Below, piece after piece: positions 47,885 to 60,900 of a DNA stretch of 64,000 nucleotides. How positions within the stretch are numbered: position 1 is the stretch's first letter; every line of letters starts with the position of its first letter. A program made the translations under genes and the position numbers. The stretch is taken from NCBI RefSeq assembly GCF_902459465.1, contig NC_047080.1, positions 12,214,001 to 12,278,000 on the forward strand, written 5' to 3'. The DNA comes from Asterias rubens. Its lineage: Eukaryota. The notes below the pieces were generated by a model that was not told the origin of the DNA, made no database searches, and was given only the letters and a program-made list of their open reading frames with translations.

Positions 47885-50800
47885 TCACTCATTTTGTTTC
47901 TTCTGCAACTTTTTGCTTTTTCTGCCTGCTGGGGGAGATGGCGGATCCCGAAGTCTTTGAATTTCAAGATCTTCTGAGCTAGAGGTCAAAATAATAAAGA
48001 GTTCATATTAAACTGTTTTAGTCATCTTCGGTTATTACATCAATTGCTTCATATTTGGTATATATCTTGTATATTTGGAGTGCATTCTTTCCAATCGTAA
48101 AATACTTTTGACCGGGCGCTTCCATCAGGAAATGTCTTGCATCATAATGTTTATGTATACAGGTTTAATTGCCTATATCTTGCATTAATGACGAAACGCA
48201 TAAACATAATAAAAATACTGTCAAAAATACGGCGAATTCGCAAAATAAATTGAAGATTTTTTAATTGTGGCGTTAATGTCGAAATTAGGCGGTTATAATC
48301 AATGTACGCATAATCAATAGAGGGCGCTGCTCAGAAGGAAATTACGGCTTGATTTCGAGTCTACACTAGTCGTCAATGTTTTCATATAATATTATAATTT
48401 TTTAGAAACTTACCCAGGTTGATTAAGCTCATCTGGATCAACGTAACCATTATCACTATCATCGCTGTCGTCAGCTTTCTTCTTAGATTTTCCCTTCTTC
48501 TCTTTTTTCTTCTTCTCTTTTTTCTCCTTCTTTGATTTTTCTTTTTTCCTGGAAGAAAAAAAATACGAAGGGGCAATAGTTAAACATTACTGTACCGTTC
48601 GTGTCCTACTGCGCTTACGGCCCCAGGGCCGCCCATGTCAGAATTGAGCATAATTCTACGTCCAGTGGGGCTTCATCCATTTCTTGATCAGTATGACAGG
48701 AATAATGCAAAATTACCCAGAAATGGGACAAAATGAGGCAGAATAAAACTTCAAGTTAAATTCTTTGGTGCCATATTTCTGTCGTTGAAATCTGGCTAAG
48801 ACCCCTGGGACCTGGATTTCGTAAAGCCCGTGGTCATAAACTTTACTAAGCACAGACAAATTGCTTGCAGAAACTGGTTACCAGCCAAAATTCCATAAAG
48901 TTTACATTGTTAAGTAACTGGTGCCCCAGCACTCATTTTGTTTAGCAAAGAAATTTGTAATGCGGGTAGTTTCAGAGTTTCCACTGCCGAGAACGCCAGC
49001 TCGGGCGACACTGCCTTAGACAGAAGGGTCAGGTTTGAGGAAATTATTTTACAATTATTATCACCGACAATCGGTTTGAGCATAATTATTTCTACTTATT
49101 ACTTTTCTTTAGATGATCCGTCGACCTCTTCATATATGTGTTCATCTTCATCGTCTTTCGCTTTGTCATGCCTTGGACTAAATCGTAAACAAAAGGTACC
49201 ATATCAATTTGACTGCATGTATTTAAATTACCATGGAGAAATCAAGAATTGGTCGTGAGAATTGAGGTAAACCCCTCCCGGATCCCCAGTACGAGCAATG
49301 ATTTAAAAATCGTGCTCAGTTTTGGCTAGCCTGAACATCTGACGTCACACATCACCTTTGACCTCGTATCACTACACACGGCGTTTGTGGTTCTAGAGAT
49401 TATCAGTTAAATCCAACGTACATGTGTATTATTATACGTGTCCACACCCTTGCGATTAAGGACAGGGACTTCTATGAGTTGGCTAATTTAGCCAGACAAC
49501 CCTCAAATTGAAGCAAGAAAGGGGGTGCGTGTTTTTTATTCCAACTATTCAATTCAATTAAGAAAATTAATAGCTCAACGCGAAAAACCTTTTCAATACA
49601 ATCGTAAATATATCGTGTCTACTTACGGAGTCTTGGGTGGGCGTGAACTACTCTTCGATGAATCTTTCCTGAAAAAAAAACAAGAAAGGAAACTAATTCT
49701 GTTTAAAAACCACAGGGACAGAACTTTAAAATGGCTGGGTCACGGGATCGATCCCAGTGTGGGTCTTTGGGACGGAAGGTGGCAGCAGACTTACCGGGTA
49801 AGTAGTCCATTTGTTTATGGTAATTCGCGCGTTCTCAGAACTACGTAAACACTGGAAAATATTACCTGGTAAGTCTGCTGCCACCTAGCGTAACTTTCTA
49901 AAGTCTCACAATCAATTTAATTGTTCATTATATAAAATAAATAATTTGCTTTGTCGAGCATCTCATAATATTATACAACACAATTGAGGCTCTACCGATA
50001 GGAAATCTTATGTTGTGTAGTACAAACCGATAATTGAAGACAGTGAATGAGAATTGGACCAGAGAACGTGATATCGATAGCACCCTCTAGGGTGTAGAGT
50101 ATTACTTACCCGAAAGCAAACCTCTGTATGAAAACAACCACTCCACCCGTTACCAGTGTAATAGTTATACCAATTACGATTCCGATTATAGGTGGCGATG
50201 ATCCGCCTATGTATTTTGAAGAGAAAAACAACAACACCTTAACAAACTTTATGCACACAATACATAATTTTAAGTTGAGCTCCCGCTCCTCTCCTTGGCT
50301 GATCTTCAGCAGCTGTGCATCATAGTTTTAAGATGGCGGCTTGGTGACGTCACTACATAACTTGGTGTATAGGGCTATGCATTTTTTCCAAGCAATGTTC
50401 CTCTCTCGAGTGGCGTATACGCAACTATTTAAACCAAACATATTATTGGTGGAGTACTTTTTTTGTTCTTTTATTATCTTTTCTGAAAAATTGTACTTAA
50501 TGAACACAGAAACCCTTCTACACAAAAGTGAATGACCACCACCAGGACTTTGGTGGCCATTCTGGATCTGGATCTTGATAGATATTCTGACATAGCTCAC
50601 ATTATTAGAACTAAACAAGAAGTGTGTTCGGTGTGGTTAATGGTCTTATTGTCCATGATGGATATGATGTCTGGTGGTGTGTTCCACTCTTTAACAACTG
50701 TTTAGGGTCAAGGATTATGAATGACTCTTTAGGAGTATTTGGAAGCATTGTATCATTGCATTGTGTAGTGTAAAGACACAAGTAATGTATAAAGTTTCCA

Positions 50801-51666
50801 TTATTGTAAAACTATTTTCTTAAGGACATAACTCTCACCTCTGCATGCAAGTTTAGCCTCTAGATAGTTGCGGCTCTTGCAGTCGATTCCAAGACATCGT
50901 TGCCATTCAGGTTCGTTCGACTCGCAATCTGACGGGTCTTCACAATGCTGATTAAGCGTCTTGAATCCAATCCCGCATGAGACATTGCACTCACTCCAAT
51001 CCTCGAATAAAACAGTATTGACGAGGCTATAATCACCCCCATCACCAAATAGCGAAGCAGGATCTAAACCACCATCCGCGTCTCGTTTCGATCTCACATT
51101 TTTCGGATGCTTCTTGGTTCCATTTCCTTCGTGTCTGGCACTCTCAAGGAGAGCAAGCCTTTCCGTCAGACTAGGTAGTTTCTTAGGGTTTAAATCGCCC
51201 GTGTCTAGCGGGATACCTCCGCTGGCTGATAGGCCCTCCAATATTTCATCGACTGTCATGCGTTGATCATGATGCAGTTCGGAATCTCGCGTTTCTTTTT
51301 CTACAAAATGAAAGAAAATAATAAGATAAAGCCTAAGGCCCATATAAACACAAAAACGTGCTCAGCAAAGAAAAACATTGTTTGGCAAAAACTGGGTAGG
51401 CCTTCCAGTCCTAATTCCATTAAGTTAACATTGTTGCAACTAGGCACTCAATTTTTGCTTGTCAACAAAATGAATGTTGTCAAGTAGAAGTTTCTGTTCA
51501 AAAGCTTTATGAAGTTGAGCCCTGCGGATCTTTGAAATTTTGAACTATGTTGTACAAAACTCGACCTACTTTTTCTGTTTGATGGGTTGCCGGATGCAAT
51601 TTCCATACAGCATACAATGGCAAGGAGAATAGTCCAAGTAAACGGGGGATGGCCGTCTGTCTTCAT
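47885..51666 (-). CDS. Uncharacterised single-pass type I membrane protein with prodomain, one thrombospondin type-1 repeat and Lys-rich tail, about 333 aa
   Basis: Exons 51570-51666, 50839-51300, 50110-50206, 49627-49668, 49103-49177, 48414-48548, 47885-47978; GT-AG and phase-consistent (1002 nt). Signal-peptide-like FTWTILLAIVCCMEIASG; RSKR furin site; TSP1 WSECNVSCGIG...QRCLGIDC; TM IIGIVIGITITLVTGGVVVFI; tail with RPPKTPPR, EDEHIYEEV, poly-K/E and NGYVDP. The last exon is less certain. Confidence 0.72.
49777..49886. mobile_element. 110-bp MITE with 25-bp TIRs in an intron of the orphan gene
   Basis: AGGTGGCAGCAGACTTACCGGGTAA versus the reverse complement of the right end: 1 mismatch. TSD not clear. 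Confidence 0.65.
50618..50765 (-). mobile_element. Decayed LINE (CR1/L2-like) ORF2 C-terminal remnant
   Basis: Reads ...SKYS...TVVKEWNTPPDII with stops, resembling the common FKYSFFPRTIxEWNxLPxxIV LINE motif. Confidence 0.5.
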
Positions 51667-53482
51667 TTGGTTCTCAGCTGACGAGATCACATTATTTGTA
51701 CATGTTTGTCCCCCAAAACGTAGATGAGTTTCTGCACTGGAAATTGTGTGGACATCAAACCTTCGTGCATCATTCACAAACCGCTTTTTTGTTGTCGAAA
51801 AAATTCGATATTTATGCGTGAAGCCTCTGCGTTGGACGCATTGCTGCGTGTGACGCGCTCAAACCGCAACATTTGTTGTATATTATTCATTTTATTGGGC
51901 TTACTTGCATCAAGTAAGGAACAAACAATTCTGAGATAAATGCAAAGAAAAAAGCTTAAAGATACAAGCAAGAAACAAAGTCGCGACTTGGAATATAGAT
52001 GTTATACAGTCCAGCTAATTATAAGAGTGAACACGAATGTGCCGTTTAATGCCCAAATATATAAATAACACTAAATATTATTGATTCTGCAATGAGGATT
52101 GTGTTTACAAGAGGGTGTGCGTCTGCAAAATACGCGCTAAGAGTTCAAAGGTGCACGCGTGACGGTTGGTACGCACCACGCGTGGTTGGTAGTGGTTGGT
52201 TGTTTTTTATTTTTTTTATTTGTTGGTTGAAGGTTGGCCGGCTCTGGAGTGGGCAGGTTGGTTGATGTTTTGTGAATATTCTTTAACCCGGGTATTAAAA
52301 CACGACTGCTTCAAATATTATCAGAAACAGTGCAACACAAATAAAAAGGTTTTTTTTTAAACCAGATACATCAGTTCAAACAACATGGCCATGTTTATTT
52401 ATACATAAAACACTTGTCAATAAACGTATTTACTTGTTTAATGTTTGTTTTAACTAGAGCTGGATGTTAACCTAAACGGTTTAAATCATTACATTGTATT
52501 TAACTCCTTGACTCGGTTTGTTTGGGTTTTGTTGTTTGTTTTTTTAAAAACTACTTTACCAGTGGTCTCAAGTTGAGGTTCTAGAATGTGTACTTAATAA
52601 TTATTATGATAACTAGTTGCATAATTGTATACATGTAAACCATGCAAAAAAGGCATAAATCACAATTTATTCCTCCTACTGTCTCAACATTTCCATTAAG
52701 TTTATCCACTGTGGTTTTGAATGATAATAAAACACCAGCCTGGAATATGATATCATGTAGTGAATGCATATACACAGTACAAAGTCAACCCTCCTACTGT
52801 CTGACCACTCATTATCGTCAACTGTGATTTTAAATGATGCACTCTGCCAGCACAATGAACATGCTTGTTGAAGGTTATTGAATGCAAAATGCGCTCTTTA
52901 TTACCATAAATAAAAAAAAAAGATTACCATCAAGTAAGACTTAACCATAAATGAACATTATTGTCTACTTTATTCAATAAGTTCGCTCTACTTTTTAAAG
53001 AATTAGCCATCCGTTTGTGAAACAACTTTGCCTCTCTTATTGTTTAAAAGTTAAACTGGTGTTTGAAGGAACACTGATGGCTCAGGGTTGTTTTCAAAAT
53101 GGACCAAGATTCTTCCCTAAAAGTAACACTCATATGGACATCACCAGGTAAGGACAATCCAATGACTCGTTACAGACTTATCTGCATACATTTTTACAAA
53201 TTGATTCAAGAAATCAACATTATTATTAGCAATGCCTGGGCGTTATGAGACGATTGTACAGAAATGAATGGTTTCTACAGGGTTAAGATGAAGAATGACG
53301 TCTACAAGATGAATGCCACTGATGATCAAGGCCAATGCCACACACCATGACATCCAAGCTGTTCCCTGGCAAGCTTACATTCGATAAATACTTCATTTTG
53401 ATTTTTATGCAGTTCTTGCCACATGTCAACTTATCGACATTGTGTTTATATTTACAGTAAATATAAAAAGAGAATGATGAAC

Positions 53483-56316
<2,834 letters not shown>

Positions 56317-56461
56317 TCATTCTTCTTATCTCAGGATTGGTTGATTTTTGAGACAGAATTGCACATTAATAGTTGGCCAAGCCATGTAGATAGTTTTATG
56401 GAAAGTGGGAAAAAATTACAAGTCTATAAATATAATAGTGTCACTCAAGCCTACCATTTAA

Positions 56462-56808
56462 AGCCATTGGACCCTTTCGGTAAACAGTATTGTCCAAGGC
56501 CCACACTTCGTGTATCACAACTTCTATATCTAATAACAAACCTGTGAAAATTTGGGCTTAATCGGTCAGGAGTCGGTCGGGAGAAAATAACGGAAAACCC
56601 ACCCTTGTATCCGCGCGTTTCGCCGTGTCATGACATGTGTTTAAAATAAATTCGTAATTCTCGTTAACGAGAATTGATATTGTTTTACTGTTTTCTCAAA
56701 AAGTAAAGCATTTCATGGAATAATATTTCAAGAGAAGTATTTCACCACTACCTTCTGTAAACCCTGTAAGTTATTTGTAAATCTGTGAACCGAAAGGGTC
56801 CAATGGCT
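56462..56808. mobile_element. TTAA-flanked MITE, family B, in the PTGES2/RB1CC1 divergent promoter region
   Basis: Perfect 20-bp TIR AGCCATTGGACCCTTTCGGT; TTAA on the left and T-TTAA on the right. Confidence 0.9.
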
Positions 56809-57929
56809 TTTAAAAAAAAAAGTATTGTAACATTTTTTGTTTTACACTTTCTTCAGAACGAAAATTACTATTGATTGAAACATGATAATGTCATGGAACA
56901 TTGTCAACAACAAATAACGGTTCATTATTCAATCAACTACTACCCGCCACAGGCTAATTAAAGTCATTCTAATTTGTACAACCCGGGCGCCCGTCGGAAG
57001 ACACATGGACCACGCCTGCTTGCAAGTGATGAGACCATGGAGGAATGCATTTCCTCCATAATGAGACATAATGCAATTATTTCAACTCGAAGTTTCGACC
57101 AGTTTCGACCGATGATAATTATTCATCGTCTTGAACAACCCCAAATTATTTTACTGACGTGCGACCTAGTCAGTTTCCCTTATTGTGGTTTATAATTGGA
57201 TTCGTAATCAAAAGTTGCATCACAATTCCTCCCTTGGCGTTCGATATTAATTTTTATACGACAAGTAAAGCCCGAATGGCTTCTGACTTGCGCCTTCGGG
57301 GAAGATTATTGACAAAAATAGGGAGACCGCAAACATTTGGTCAAGATAGTGCAGTATGAACCAGTGGTCGCGGGTTCACATCCCACTCTCACAAACCGCT
57401 TTGTTCAACACTTGTTTCCGAAAACAGAAAACCCTGCATGTAGTTGAATAAGTAAATTTCAACAGAGGGCGCGCTTGACAAGATGAATGAAAAATCTCCA
57501 GACTGGTACCCAGTGTTGTTAAGCAGATAATAACGACATGCTAAATCGGAACCCGAACATAATGGCAGTTCATAACAAAATAATTGCACAGTAATCCTGC
57601 CACTGCAAAGTCACTTTTGCCCTGTAAACTGTGGACCCCTTAAACGTCAAAGTTGCTTACTAAATGAGTCATTTGATCTTATCTGAGTAGCCACGCAATA
57701 AACTGCATTTCGTCAGATTCTCACATGCTATATTCTCCGTTCTTCGACATGTTGTGTTTCTTATTATAGGTACCGTAAGTTACGATTTCGTTTTGATTTT
57801 GTTTATTTTTGTATTATTTGTTCATTCAAAGTTCAAAGTTACTCACTATATTTATATATATAATTTATATTAAAATTATCACATGTTTTTGCAGGTTTTC
57901 CAAATACTGCTCTATTTTGAAAGGACAAC

Positions 57930-60900
57930 ATGCTGTACGTGTTTATGGTAAACACTGGGTCTATGCTGACACTGGACATGGCATTAACCATGGAAAGGTA
58001 CATAGTTGTTTAATTAATTGAACTGACTGCTAGCTAAGGCGGATAATTGTTCCTGACCATGCTGACACTTTTTAGTTAATGTCACGTCTGCTTTTTCTCG
58101 ATTACATACTTGACTTGGTCATGTGTGTTTGTTTGTTTAGATGATCTTCCTGTCAAGGGAACTTGGCAAACTCCCACATCACAGGGGAATATAAACGCCA
58201 AGCTGGCAACAACCAATCTCTCTCATACAAACATTTTGTTAAACGTCTATCATGTTTGTATACAGATTACAGGTACAGTCTGTAATGCTCCCAAATTTGA
58301 CACTGGATCGCCAGATCGAGTCTAGTGATATGTCGGGCTGGTATGGTGGTAAACTGAAGACAGGACAAGTCTGGTGATCTTGTGGATTTCCCCCTAAATT
58401 TGAGCCCTGTAAAGTGTAACGCTTAAAGAGTGTTTTCACACGTGTAATACATGTAAGGAATGTCCATAAAGAAGATAGCATAGAGCTGTGTGTATGTACT
58501 GTTTAAATGCTCTGTGTGGATGCACTCACAACATTACAATTACATATTGACCGGCATCTTTGATGGACTCATATGTAAAGTACACAAGAGTCACGCGCAG
58601 CGCATACGTGCATGCACTTTTCACTTGTAAATACCTCAAAGATGGCGGATAATGACGCGTACTGCAATCCATCTAATGATCTATTGTAGGTTTGCATTTG
58701 TGTCTGAAATTAACTGTAGTGTATGTTGAATGTTAAGACAGTAGGAAAGTCAATGAGTTGATTTGACGATTTGTTTGTTTTCTTTCTTGATATGACAGTG
58801 TACAGAGGCTGCAGGAGACCTTGGCGTTAGAGTATCAGCTCCCTGTGGACAAACAAGTCCTTCTGATTAGCGGAGGTCAGAGTCTTGACCCTCACATCAG
58901 AGTCTGTAGCTACAGTGCTGGAACGGTAAATTCATCTCAACTTGATCCTTAATCTTAAATAGGCCCAGGCCTTTATGCTGCGTTTTTGAAAGGGCAAGGG
59001 CACCATGACATCCTTGTAAAGGTCCTCGTTGAGGAAATTGTAAATTTCTATTGGAGCATTTCAAGGGCACAAAAAGTCCAGGGTGCAACAAGGCCATCGC
59101 CTTGATTACCTCTGTGAATACCAGACCTGTAGGCCTAAATTCTCATTCAGGAGGTTGTGCAATATGAGAACATTTAGTAGTAGGCATGCTCTGTAGAAAA
59201 TGATGGAATGCTTATCGCTCTGACTTACCTCTCGTTGAGCTGAATATAATGACGAACAGTGGCAGCCTGTCCATTCTTGTATGCCATGTTTGTAACAGTG
59301 GCAGCCTGTCCATTCTTGTATGCCATGTTTGTAACAGTGGCAGCCTGTCCATTCTTGTATGCCATGTTTGTAACAGTGGCAGCCTGTCCATTCTTGTATG
59401 CCATGTTTGTATACCACAGTACATGTAGGTCTGCCTCAAAACACTGGAAGGGCGGGGTGGGTAAAAACGCCAACTGCCATTATGTCTGCAAAAATTGAAG
59501 GAAAATTTAAAATTGTTTTGGCACTAAAAAATTTCACCATAGGCCTAAAGGCCCGGTCCCACTGCAGCGATAACGAGAACAATAACGATCACGACGCAAA
59601 GAGAACGCGTTCTATTGGTTGAATTGCTTCACGCAAAATACGCACACGCTCATTCAACCAATAGAATGCGTTCTCTTGGCGTCGTTATCGTTCTCGTTAT
59701 CGCTGCAGTGGGACCGGGCCTTTAGTCTGTAAAAAACATCTAATAATAATAATTATAACAAAGATTTATAGAGCGCACATATCCACAAAAGTGCTCAGGG
59801 CGCTATTACAAAGAAACTTTTTTAAAAAGTATAAAAAAATAAAAACAGATGTCATCAGATGTGAAGTGGTGAGGAAAAAGTTGTTTATTTTGACTAATTA
59901 TGTACCATGTCTTTAAATCCCTTATAGGATACCAATCCGATCTTTTTGTTTAGTAAGGGCACCATTGAAGCAGCGATCCCACCTATAACATCTATCACAC
60001 AACAGAGCAGTGAGGAGAAACTCAGATTACAAGTTGAAGGCTTGAAGAACCTTCCTCATAGCTACAGTGCTGTCGTGGCACGTACTCAACTAGCCCTGGT
60101 AAACATGTAGAGTCTGGCTAACACGGGACAATCACAAAATTGTTAACATTTCACAAGATTTGGCTTGAAATACATTGATTAAAAGTCACTTGAGTGATTT
60201 CCAACACCATTCAGTAACTCAACACCAAACTGTTGGACTCTGATTATGGAGTTTTGCCTGATCCCATGAGTGATTTACTAGGATCCTTCCTCATTCTAAC
60301 AAAACCCAACACCATTATGGTAACTCAGCAGCCAGACTGTTGGATTCTGATTATGGTGGTATGCCTGATCCCATGAGTGATTTACATACAAGTATCCTTC
60401 CTCACTCTCACAAAACCCAACACCATACGGTAACTCAGCACCCAAACTGTTGGACTCTGATTATGGTGGTTTGGCTGAGCCCATGTAAAGCACAATCAGT
60501 TTACAAGTGCAGTCCTCAGTTCAACACCCTACAGTAACTCAACACCAAACTATTGGACTATGGATATGGTGGTATGCCTAATTTCATGTATAAACCAAGT
60601 TTACTAGTTCAATCCTCAGTCCAACCAAATAAAAACCAACATGATTCTGATGGGTGTTGTGATTTGGGAATGCAACACCAATATTTTCTACATTTTTTAG
60701 TTTGCATGGGGTTTAGTCATAGAGTCTTATCAAAGGACAAAATATTCTAAGGCTGTTATGTCTTGTTACATGTGTTAAAACCACTGCTGAATAATACAGC
60801 TATTATTGGAGTGAGCCTGAACTTTGTGTATGATATTTTGCTTCTCACTGATAGCAATTCCATGATCTTGCCAAGGAGAATCTCCGATTGTGCGAGGGTC

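Noticed and set aside
50618-50698. Extra exon of the orphan gene (VVKEWNTPPDIISIMDNKTINHT)
   Set aside because: It has no good in-phase donor and hits a stop. It resembles a LINE ORF2 C-terminal motif, and exon 2 splices in phase directly to the TM exon.
59212-59498. Repetitive ORFs in four frames
   Set aside because: Products of the 39-bp x 4 intronic minisatellite.
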